Made by a program: the position numbers and the translations under genes. Shown in pieces: positions 17,567-25,615 of a DNA stretch of 64,000 bases; the stretch's first letter is position 1; every line of letters starts with the position of its first letter. The notes under the pieces are model-generated. The model saw only the letters and a list, made by a program, of their open reading frames with translations, made no database searches and was not told the DNA's origin. Source of the DNA: Phycisphaeraceae bacterium (GTDB lineage: Bacteria; Planctomycetota; Phycisphaerae; Phycisphaerales; Phycisphaeraceae); assembly GCA_963674705.1 (NCBI GenBank), contig OY771506.1:1440001-1504000 (forward strand), read 5' to 3'.

Positions 17567-18847
17567 TCAGCCATGCCGCAGGGTTTTGGCAAGGTCTTCG
17601 GGATTGATCGCGGACTGTTCGCCGGAGCTGAGGTCTTTGAGTTGCAGGCCTTGATCTTCAACGATCACAACGAATCGTGCGTTGCTGGCGGCGGCTTCCT
17701 TGAGGAGTTTGCCGACGTTGCGGGTGGTTTTGTAGCTGAAGCGTGTGTGGGTGCCCTGCTGGCGGAGTGTGGTCGCCAGGCTGGGTACGCGTTTGGCGGC
17801 TTCGTCGCTTGCGGCGACGATGAACACATCCGGGGTTGCTTCGACGTTTTTCGGCATCAAGCCTTTATCTTGCATGACAAGCGAGATGACGACGTCGCCC
17901 ATGCCGAAGCCGACGGCGGGCGTGGGTGGGCCGTCAAAGAGTTCGATGAGTTTGTCGTATCGTCCGCCGCCTGCGACAGCGCGTTCAGCGCCGGAGACTT
18001 CGTGTACTTCGAAGACGGTGCCGGTGTAGTAGGCGAGACCGCGCACGATACCCAGGTCGTACTCGCACCATTCGGCGAGGCCGAACGCTTGCAGTTGCTC
18101 ATCGAGCGCGTGCAGGTCTTCGAGGCCCGTCTCCATACCGAGGCTTCGGCCCAGGTGGTCGATGTCGCCTGCGGGGTACTTGCGCCTGCACATCTGTTCG
18201 AGCCGATCGACCTTGAATTCATCGAGCCCGAGCTCGGTGGCTTCCTTGACGAAGTCTTCGTGCGGGATTTTTTCCCGGCGGTCGAGCAGCGCAAAGGCGT
18301 CCATCATGTTTTCGTCCGGCACACCGAGCCGTGCGAGCAGTTGCTTGACGACTTCACGGTGGCTGAGCTTGAACTTCAGGTGCGTTGGCTCGAGGCCGAC
18401 GGATTGGAAGAAGTCGACGGCGGTGGCGATGACTTCGGCATCCGCGCTGGCGTCGTCGACACCGAGCATGTCGATGTTCCACTGCCAATGCTCACGGACC
18501 CGGCCTCGCTGCGGACGTTCGGCGCGGCAGAGGTTGGGCGTGCAGAACCATTTGATCGGTTTGGGCAGGCTGTTTGCCTTGGCGGCGACCATGCGTGCGA
18601 GTGTTGGCGTGAACTCGGGACGGATCGCCAGTTCCCGGCCGCCGCGGTCTTCAAAGTGGAACAACTCCGAGACAATCCCGTCACCGCTTTTGGCTTTGTA
18701 GAGTTCGAGCGATTCGTAGATCGGGCCGTCGACCTGCTCGAACCCGTTTCTGATCGACACCTTCCGCCAGGCATCGATCAGGAAGTTGCGCCAAGCCATA
18801 TCAGCGGGGTAGAAGTCGCGAGTGCCTCGGGGGGATTGGTATTTCAT
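17567..18847 (-). CDS. hisS: Histidine--tRNA ligase
   Basis: Motifs PRGTRDF, RPEFT, RAERPQRGR.REH, RGLAYYTG and GGGRYD. Confidence 0.97.
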   Translation of the reverse strand: MKYQSPRGTRDFYPADMAWRNFLIDAWRKVSIRNGFEQVDGPIYESLELYKAKSGDGIVSELFHFEDRGGRELAIRPEFTPTLARMVAAKANSLPKPIKWFCTPNLCRAERPQRGRVREHWQWNIDMLGVDDASADAEVIATAVDFFQSVGLEPTHLKFKLSHREVVKQLLARLGVPDENMMDAFALLDRREKIPHEDFVKEATELGLDEFKVDRLEQMCRRKYPAGDIDHLGRSLGMETGLEDLHALDEQLQAFGLAEWCEYDLGIVRGLAYYTGTVFEVHEVSGAERAVAGGGRYDKLIELFDGPPTPAVGFGMGDVVISLVMQDKGLMPKNVEATPDVFIVAASDEAAKRVPSLATTLRQQGTHTRFSYKTTRNVGKLLKEAAASNARFVVIVEDQGLQLKDLSSGEQSAINPEDLAKTLRHG

Positions 18848-18852
18848 GTCAA

Positions 18853-18958
18853 GTAGGCTTGAGGCTTGAGGGATGAGTCTTGAGGTTCGGATTTCTAATT
18901 GTTTGTTGCGATTGTCGGGGACACATATCAGCGATTAGCGATTAAAAATTAGCAATTC
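18853..18958. repeat. Heptamer tandem repeats upstream of hisS
   Basis: AGGCTTG AGGCTTG AGGGATG AGTCTTG AGG, and AGCGATT AGCGATT AAAAATT AGCAATT. Confidence 0.7.
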
Positions 18959-18963
18959 AACTT

Positions 18964-19806
18964 TTACTTCGCCGCTACGATGTATGCGATCCAGCAGGGT
19001 TCGCTGCCGGCGTTTTCGGTGCGTGTCCAGTTGCCGTCGCCGTCGCCGTCATCATCCGTGCCTTCCCAGTAGACGTACGAGGCGCTGAAGCCGGCTTCGG
19101 CGAGCAGCTCGCGGACTTCGGGGATGGTCCAGAACCGCCAGTGGTATTCGAATGCTTTATCCAGCTTGCTGCCGTCCTTGAACTTGAAGTGGATGTAGTA
19201 GCTGGCTTCGTGGGTGATCGGGTTGTACCGGGCCTGTTCCCAGATGTATTTGAACGAGCCGATCTTGCGGACGTCGGTTTCGTCTTCGGTGATGCATTCG
19301 CCGCCGCCCATCATGTCCAGAACCATGAGGCCTTCCTCGGCCAGGTTCTTGTGGGCGATCTTGAAGTAGTTGACCAGCTCTTCGCGTGTCTTGAAGTACC
19401 AGAAAGAGAAGTTCTGGGCGGCGAGGATGTCGGCCGGGGGCGTGGTGTTGGAGCGGACATCGTCCTGGATGAGCGTAACACGTTGCTGCTCAGAGGGCTT
19501 GAGCTTAGCGAGGTTGTTAGCCTTACCCCAGTCCAGCGGTTCGGAGTCCAGATCGATGCCGAAGGCGGTGCGGCCGGGCTGTTTGACCCATTCGCAGCAG
19601 ACGGCGAAGGTGCCGCAGAAGTCCTCGCGGAGGACCTTGGGCTTGCGACCGAAGGCTTCGTTGAAGGCCTGGTCGAAGAACTCGATCTCGTGCTCGGGCT
19701 CCTGGACGGACTTCTGATACAGCTTGTACTTATCGGCCTTCTCGGCGAGGGTCTGTTTGGACTTGCCTTTACCCTTGCCCTTCTTTTTCGTGGCGGTCTT
19801 ACTCAT
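18964..19806 (-). CDS. Class I SAM-dependent methyltransferase
   Basis: LREDFCGT motif I, GIDLD and QDDV. Confidence 0.8.
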   Translation of the reverse strand: MSKTATKKKGKGKGKSKQTLAEKADKYKLYQKSVQEPEHEIEFFDQAFNEAFGRKPKVLREDFCGTFAVCCEWVKQPGRTAFGIDLDSEPLDWGKANNLAKLKPSEQQRVTLIQDDVRSNTTPPADILAAQNFSFWYFKTREELVNYFKIAHKNLAEEGLMVLDMMGGGECITEDETDVRKIGSFKYIWEQARYNPITHEASYYIHFKFKDGSKLDKAFEYHWRFWTIPEVRELLAEAGFSASYVYWEGTDDDGDGDGNWTRTENAGSEPCWIAYIVAAK

Positions 19807-19848
19807 GTGGGCATCATATAGACTTCAGCGGCGCGTACAATCATGGGC

Positions 19849-20502
19849 ATGAGGATCATCGCAGGCACCCATCGCGGCAGACGGCTCATCCCGCCTAAGG
19901 ACCAGAATACGACCCGCCCGATCACCGATCGCGTCAAGCAGAGCCTGTTCGACCGGTTATGGTCGATGGGCGTCCTGCCCCCGGAAGCGCCCCCGGAAGT
20001 GGACCCCGAGATGCCGGATGAGGCTGGTGGTGGGGATCAGCCGGAAAAGTTTCCGGGGGTGCCGGGGGCGGCACTGGATATTTTTTGCGGGACGGGGAGC
20101 CTGGGGCTGGAGGCCTTGTCCCGTGGGATTGAGCACTGCACGTTCGTGGATATGGATCGCGACGCGATCAGCCGGCTGAACAAGAACCTGACGGATACGG
20201 GTTTGGCCGACCGGGCCCGTGTGGTCAAAGGCAGCGCCTTGAGCCCGATCTGGCTGGGACAGGTTAAGGCAGGCACTATCAGCGTGATATTTCTGGATCC
20301 CCCCTACGCCATGGCCGAGGACGAAAAGGGCCGGTGTGATCTTGAACGTTTGATGACAGAACTGGCGCGCGTCGCGAGTGACGATTGCGTGCTGTCTTAT
20401 CGCACAAGCAAACACATCACCCCCCCACCGGCCGATGGCTGGAACGGGCCGACGAGTCATCACTATGGATCGATGGCGCTGCATTTTTATGAACGGGGGT
20501 AA
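19849..20502 (+). CDS. rsmD: RsmD family 16S rRNA m2G966 methyltransferase
   Basis: Motifs MRIIAG..RGR, RP.TDRVK, LDIFCGTGSLGLEALSRG and FLDPPY. Confidence 0.9.
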   Translation: MRIIAGTHRGRRLIPPKDQNTTRPITDRVKQSLFDRLWSMGVLPPEAPPEVDPEMPDEAGGGDQPEKFPGVPGAALDIFCGTGSLGLEALSRGIEHCTFVDMDRDAISRLNKNLTDTGLADRARVVKGSALSPIWLGQVKAGTISVIFLDPPYAMAEDEKGRCDLERLMTELARVASDDCVLSYRTSKHITPPPADGWNGPTSHHYGSMALHFYERG

Positions 20503-20512
20503 GGTGTAAAAC

Positions 20513-21211
20513 ATGACAGATTCCGATCTACCTACCGGATGGATGTGCTGCGTTCAGTGCATCTTCAAGCCGTGGCAGATAGCGAGGCTGTCGTTCAGGG
20601 TTGGTTTAGTGACAGCAGGCACCTGGGGCGCAATGGCCTTGGTATGGCATGTGACCACACTATTATTCCTCTTTAATGAGTGGTCCTATGATCGTGTAAA
20701 GGGGCGTACGTTACTGGGTACCCCATATGGGTTTCTTCAGGTAAGTTTCTGGGTCTCGATTTTCGTTATCTGTTTTTACGTCCTGCTGTTTATGCTGCCG
20801 GCTTTGTATATGAGGCGGGATAAACATCAAGCGGTCGTATTCGTGCATTCACTTTTAGGTATGTTGTTGCCGTTTACAGTATGGGCGGACCTGGCGGTTT
20901 TTGTTTTCTGGTCGACCCGGGGCGTTGATATTGGCAATAGTATTATCCGGCAGATAGGCGAATCTGTATTAGGCCAGATAATAACATCGTGTGTCTGGTT
21001 GCCGATCCTTGTAGTCTGTTGGGTGGCGTTGTTGGTATATGGGATGAGGTCGGCGGCTGCAATCGCTGCCAAACGGAATCAATCTGTCTGTGATTGTGGC
21101 TATGACCTGCGAGGCAGTATTGCGGGTGGGTCGAAGAAGTGCCCTGAATGTGGTGATGATATACCTGAACGCATGCTGGACAAGCCACCTTCAATCCACG
21201 TGGATAGTTGA
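20513..21211 (+). CDS. Multi-pass membrane protein with C-terminal zinc ribbon
   Basis: About four hydrophobic segments and CDCGYDLRG..CPECG. Confidence 0.75.
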   Translation: MTDSDLPTGWMCCVQCIFKPWQIARLSFRVGLVTAGTWGAMALVWHVTTLLFLFNEWSYDRVKGRTLLGTPYGFLQVSFWVSIFVICFYVLLFMLPALYMRRDKHQAVVFVHSLLGMLLPFTVWADLAVFVFWSTRGVDIGNSIIRQIGESVLGQIITSCVWLPILVVCWVALLVYGMRSAAAIAAKRNQSVCDCGYDLRGSIAGGSKKCPECGDDIPERMLDKPPSIHVDS

Positions 21212-21222
21212 CATTACGCGCC

Positions 21223-21894
21223 TCACCACCCCACTGCGCGCATGATCGTCTGGACTACTTCAACATACGCATTGGTAAACGCTTCCTGTCGGAAGAAGGT
21301 GGTTTCCATGCCGGGTTTGCCGATGAACGGGCGCAGGGTCCAGCCCATCTGGATGCCGACGAAGGCGTAGATGACCAGCCAGAGCCGGACCATGACGCGG
21401 TGGCGCGGGTTCTTTTTAATCAGTGGGCGGTAGAGGCGCAGCAGCACGAGTTGTGCGGTGATGCTCGCACAGCCGAACATGAACGCGTTGAAGAGCTTGG
21501 CGACTTCGTAGTCGGCGAAGGACAGGTACCACAGCGCGGTGAATGGTGCGAAGGAGGCAAGGATGACAGTGAGCGCCGCCTGCGTAGAGATCAATAAGCG
21601 GATGACTTGAGCGAAGTCGCTGCGCAGGCCCATGAGGGTGTTGATGACGAAGAAGCTCGGCAGGCTGAGCAGGAAGGTTGCCGCGAGCAGGACCGGGACC
21701 TTGGTTGCGGAGTAGAGGATCTGCTGGAAGCGGTCGGGCGTGATCCCGCCGAAGCTGCCCATGACGATGCCGTACGTTAAGCCGAAGACGATCATCCAGA
21801 GGATGATCTGCCGGTGTCTGGGTGCGCGCTCGAGCGAGAATTGCATCCGGGCGCGCAGCAGGTCGTCGATGTTGTTCAGAGCCTGGCGGGTCAA
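21223..21894 (-). CDS. Multi-pass membrane protein (QMGWTLRPFIG motif)
   Basis: About five TM segments, paralog of the upstream gene. Confidence 0.75.
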   Translation of the reverse strand: MTRQALNNIDDLLRARMQFSLERAPRHRQIILWMIVFGLTYGIVMGSFGGITPDRFQQILYSATKVPVLLAATFLLSLPSFFVINTLMGLRSDFAQVIRLLISTQAALTVILASFAPFTALWYLSFADYEVAKLFNAFMFGCASITAQLVLLRLYRPLIKKNPRHRVMVRLWLVIYAFVGIQMGWTLRPFIGKPGMETTFFRQEAFTNAYVEVVQTIMRAVGW

Positions 21895-21909
21895 CGGGGT
21901 TCGCCTTGT

Positions 21910-22743
21910 TTACATGCCGAACAGTTTGCCGATCGAATCGATGACATCGAGGAAGAAGTTGCTTTCCCGGGCGCGGAACCAGGTGAAAGGCATATCGGGC
22001 GAGCCGATGAAGGGCCGAAGCACCCAGCTCATCTGTGCGCCAACGAGCGAGAAGACGATGATCCAGATGCGGAAGACGGAGCGAGCTTTTTCCGTCGTGC
22101 CGTAGCCGACCTGATCCAGCGCGCTGGTGTTGTCATCCTCGTCCACTTCGATTAGTTCAACAGGAACGTCTTGGTCATTGGAGGTTTCTATTTTCGACGC
22201 GGGTGCGATGCCTTTGCGATCGACTTCGATCTGTGCCAGCACCAGCCGATGCAGCGTGCGCAGCAGGAAGGCGAGGCCAAGGAAGCCGGCAAGCGCCGCG
22301 ACCACGACGTTCAACAGCTTCATGAACGGGTAGCTGTCGGTGCTGACGCTGAAGAACACAACGATCGGCCCGAACGATGCAAGCACGGCCAGCATGACAC
22401 CAAGCATCGAGATCAGCAGGCGGATCACCGACAGTACGGAAAGGCGTGAGCCGACCAGCGCGTTGAAAACGTAGAGCGAAGGCAGCGTGATCAAGAGCGT
22501 GAGGAAAAAGAGCAGGGGCAGCTTCACCGCACTTGCGAGCATCTGCCAGTATGCATCCGCGCTTGCGCCGCCGGTGCGGATCATGGCGTAAGCACCCATG
22601 CAGATGCCGTAGGTTGCCCCGAGCAGGATGGTGATGACCGTCACCCCGCCGACAGGCGTTTCGATCTTGCCGTGCTTAAGCGCGGACATGCGTGTGGCGT
22701 CGCCGCGTAAGATCCCATCCAACTGCTTGATCCATCGAATCAT
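21910..22743 (-). CDS. Multi-pass membrane protein (QMSWVLRPFIG motif)
   Basis: About five TM segments. Shares K.P.L..TL...LPS..V.N.L.G and LRPFIG with the neighbour. Confidence 0.8.
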   Translation of the reverse strand: MIRWIKQLDGILRGDATRMSALKHGKIETPVGGVTVITILLGATYGICMGAYAMIRTGGASADAYWQMLASAVKLPLLFFLTLLITLPSLYVFNALVGSRLSVLSVIRLLISMLGVMLAVLASFGPIVVFFSVSTDSYPFMKLLNVVVAALAGFLGLAFLLRTLHRLVLAQIEVDRKGIAPASKIETSNDQDVPVELIEVDEDDNTSALDQVGYGTTEKARSVFRIWIIVFSLVGAQMSWVLRPFIGSPDMPFTWFRARESNFFLDVIDSIGKLFGM

Positions 22744-22881
22744 GACGTCGTCTCCAGAAGATGTGCCACCCCGCGAATACGAATGCGGTTAGAGGTGAGC
22801 CGGAAGTCGGGTTACATCATCACATACGTGGGGCTGGGATGCAATGGTTCGGCTTCGGGGTGAGAAATATCTATGAAGATT

Positions 22882-23019
22882 AGCCACGAGAAGGCACAGA
22901 ATTCACAAAAAGGGCTGTTGTTTGAAGCAAAGGCCACGCTCGATCTTACATGTCGTGAATAATCGAGCTAAAACTTATCGATGTGACATTAATCAGCCCT
23001 TTTGCGCCTTTTTGTGGCT
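22882..23019. repeat. Long imperfect inverted-repeat element
   Basis: AGCCACGAGAAGGCACAGAA matches the reverse complement of 23000-23019 at 16/20 positions. Inner IRs AAAAGGGCTG/CAGCCCTTTT and GCTCGAT/ATCGAGC. Confidence 0.55.
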
Positions 23020-23141
23020 CTACCTTGGCTCGATCATGTTTTTGTCTTTTAATCCACATCCCGCTACCATTGCCGTGGCTCCGATCAAAGCCCTGACCCT
23101 TATGGCTCACAAATAGCATCCGTGGGCTTCGAAGGGATAAG

Positions 23142-24659
23142 ATGTTTACCAATCTATCTGACAAGTTCGAGGGCGCGCTGCGCCGATTGTCCGGGCGGGG
23201 GAAGATCAGTGAATCCAATGTCCGTGAGGCGATGGAAGAGGTGCGGACCGCGCTGCTCGAGGCAGACGTGCATTATGAAGTCGTCGAGGACTTCACCGAA
23301 TCGGTCCTGAAGCAGGCGGTCGGCGAAGCGGTGCTCAGTTCGCTCAAGCCGGCACAGCAGATGATCAAAATTGTCAATGATGAACTGGTCCGCGTGCTGG
23401 GCGGTGAGGATGACGATACGGCGGCGGACCCGATGGCGCCGGAGCAGCCGCCGATCATGTACGTGCATCCCGGGCCGACCGTCATCATGATGGCTGGGTT
23501 GCAAGGTTCGGGTAAGACGACGACGTGCGGCAAGCTGGCGGGCTATTTAAAGAAGCGTGACAAGAATGTCATGCTATGTGCGGCCGACCTTCAGCGCCCC
23601 GCTGCTGTCAAGCAGTTGGAAGTTATCGCCAACCAGGTTCAGGAAGAAGCGCCGGGCTCGGGCAGCGTGCATTTTTATTCCGAGCCTGACAAGGTCGCGG
23701 AATACGGCAAGGCTGTCGGTGCTGCGGTCGCTGTTTGCCGAAACGCACTCAAGGCGGCGAGAGACACGGGCTGCGATGTGCTCGTACTCGATACCGCGGG
23801 ACGTTTGCACGTCAATGACGATCTGATGGGTGAACTTCGGCAGGTCAATACAGCGGTGCAGCCGCACCAGATCCTGCTTGTGATCGATGCGATGACAGGT
23901 CAGGACGCGGTCAACTCCGCCAAGGCGTTCAACGATCAGCTTGAACTGGACGGCGTGATCCTGACGAAGTTCGACTCGGACACGCGCGGCGGGGCCGCCC
24001 TTTCGGTTAAGCAGATCACCGGTAAGCCGATCAAGTTCATCGGCGTCGGCGAGAAGCTCGATGCACTCGAGGCGTTCCACCCCCACCGGATCGCGTCGCG
24101 CATCCTCGGCATGGGTGACGTCGTCAGCCTCGTCGAAAAAGCGCAGGAGCAGGTCAGCGAAGAAGAAGCCCTGGCCATGCAGGACAAGATCGCGCAGGGG
24201 AAGATGACGATGGACGACTTCCTCAAGCAGCTTCGCATGATGCGCCGCATGGGCTCAATGAAGTCGCTGCTTGGGATGCTTCCCGGTATCGGCAGCCAAC
24301 TGAAGGACATCAACCTCGACGACCGCGAAATAGATCGGACCGAAGCGATTATCCAGTCGATGACGTCGCAGGAGCGCAAGGACATCGATGTCCTGACCGC
24401 CAGCAGACGTCGGCGCGTCGCCAAGGGATCAGGCACGGACCAGGCAGCGGTGGGCAAGCTCGTTAAGGGTTTCGAGATGATCTCGAAAATGGGCAAGCAG
24501 ATGTCCGGCATGGGCGCGCTTGGCAAGCTCAAGGCCATGCGCGGCATGGACCCAGCGATGATGGGCGGCATGGGGGGCATGGGCGGCATGCCCAAGATGA
24601 AGGGCTCGACGAAGCAGCCCAAGCCGAAGTACAAGCAGCGGAAACGTAAGCGGCGGTAG
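23142..24659 (+). CDS. ffh: Signal recognition particle protein
   Basis: Motifs ALLEADV, GLQGSGKTT, DTAGR and TKFD, plus a Met-rich M domain. Confidence 0.98.
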   Translation: MFTNLSDKFEGALRRLSGRGKISESNVREAMEEVRTALLEADVHYEVVEDFTESVLKQAVGEAVLSSLKPAQQMIKIVNDELVRVLGGEDDDTAADPMAPEQPPIMYVHPGPTVIMMAGLQGSGKTTTCGKLAGYLKKRDKNVMLCAADLQRPAAVKQLEVIANQVQEEAPGSGSVHFYSEPDKVAEYGKAVGAAVAVCRNALKAARDTGCDVLVLDTAGRLHVNDDLMGELRQVNTAVQPHQILLVIDAMTGQDAVNSAKAFNDQLELDGVILTKFDSDTRGGAALSVKQITGKPIKFIGVGEKLDALEAFHPHRIASRILGMGDVVSLVEKAQEQVSEEEALAMQDKIAQGKMTMDDFLKQLRMMRRMGSMKSLLGMLPGIGSQLKDINLDDREIDRTEAIIQSMTSQERKDIDVLTASRRRRVAKGSGTDQAAVGKLVKGFEMISKMGKQMSGMGALGKLKAMRGMDPAMMGGMGGMGGMPKMKGSTKQPKPKYKQRKRKRR

Positions 24660-24669
24660 GAGTCAAAAC

Positions 24670-25257
24670 ATGTCCACCCAGACGGCGCAGACTGTGGTCT
24701 TAATCATCAGCATTGCCGCGGCGGTTGTTTGGCTTACAGCGGTGTGTTTGTGGTGGTTCACCCGGCGTCCGAAAAAGACGGAGCCTGTCAGCCGACGGCT
24801 GCCGGATAAGCAGGTGACGGAGGTGCGCGATTCACTTTCGCGTGCCGCAGCGTTGATGGTCCCGCCTTGTGAGTTGATCGGCGGCGATTCTGATGGGGCG
24901 ATGTTCCGTCTCATGCTGCCCGGCAAGCCGGAGATGCTTGTCGAGGTCGGATCGGATGATCGGGGGATTACGGTGGCGACGGCTGAACTGACCAGTCAGG
25001 AAGCGCCGCTCTGGTATCGATTGCTGATGCCGATCTGGCTGGGGCTGACTTTTGTGATTGGTGTGGTTGGGGTGTGGCTGATGCTGACGCTTGTCGTGCC
25101 GCACCAGGACCCGAACGTGCGTGGCCAGGCGATGCAGATGTTGCAGATAACGCACTTTATTTGGCCGCCATTCATGTTTTTGGCGATCCGTAAGGTCTTG
25201 CAATGGATAACGTTGAAGCAGCGGGATCGTTTTCTGACGACATTGGAACTGCTTTAA
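24670..25257 (+). CDS. Hypothetical membrane protein
   Basis: Three hydrophobic segments, GGAG SD right after the ffh stop. Confidence 0.7.
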   Translation: MSTQTAQTVVLIISIAAAVVWLTAVCLWWFTRRPKKTEPVSRRLPDKQVTEVRDSLSRAAALMVPPCELIGGDSDGAMFRLMLPGKPEMLVEVGSDDRGITVATAELTSQEAPLWYRLLMPIWLGLTFVIGVVGVWLMLTLVVPHQDPNVRGQAMQMLQITHFIWPPFMFLAIRKVLQWITLKQRDRFLTTLELL

Positions 25258-25346
25258 AAGCCAGTCTGTTCCCTGTGCATCCTGCTGTCATGCAACGGGA
25301 TTTTCGTTTTGTGTATTCACCGGGTATTTGCCAGGGGCGGGCACTT

Positions 25347-25375
25347 TTGATCCTTGCCGAATAAGCCGATATAGT
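25347..25375 (+). promoter_or_regulatory. Sigma70-type promoter of the valS leader
   Basis: TTGATC-17 nt-TATAGT, 6 nt before ATG 25382. Confidence 0.65.
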
Positions 25376-25381
25376 CATTTC

Positions 25382-25426
25382 ATGATGTATGTGACACGCC
25401 GAACCCGAAGCGTCGCCGTTATCTGA
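25382..25426 (+). CDS. Candidate Val-sensing leader peptide MMYVTRRTRSVAVI
   Basis: 14 codons with 3 Val, at the predicted +1 of the promoter, upstream of valS. Confidence 0.5.
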   Translation: MMYVTRRTRSVAVI

Positions 25427-25523
25427 GGGGACGACCCCCACTTTTCCCCGCCGTTCTCGGCACACGTTATCCTTATAGCTTCAAAATCAGGCCCGGAAGC
25501 CCTGTTGTTGCGGGGTGTATGCA

Positions 25524-25554
25524 ACCCGCGGCAGCTTCGCAGCCTACGGCTTGG
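25524..25554 (+). repeat. Repeat family B, copy 3 (within the valS leader)
   Basis: ACCCGCGGCAGCTTCGCAGCCTACGGCTTGG. Confidence 0.85.
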
Positions 25555-25615
25555 CCTGATGTGAATAGGAACGAACTCAGAGCTCCGCACTCATCCCTCA
25601 GCAATCGATAGACCC

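Noticed and set aside
17486..18856. 456-aa + strand ORF and similar long shadow ORFs (e.g. 51413-52516, 28061-29026, 32796-33662)
   Set aside because: They are antisense to clearly identified genes (hisS, iscS, valS, SDR), which is expected from GC-rich codon bias.
24540..24600. Repeated ATGGGCGGC units at the end of ffh
   Set aside because: This is the ordinary Gly/Met-rich M-domain tail.
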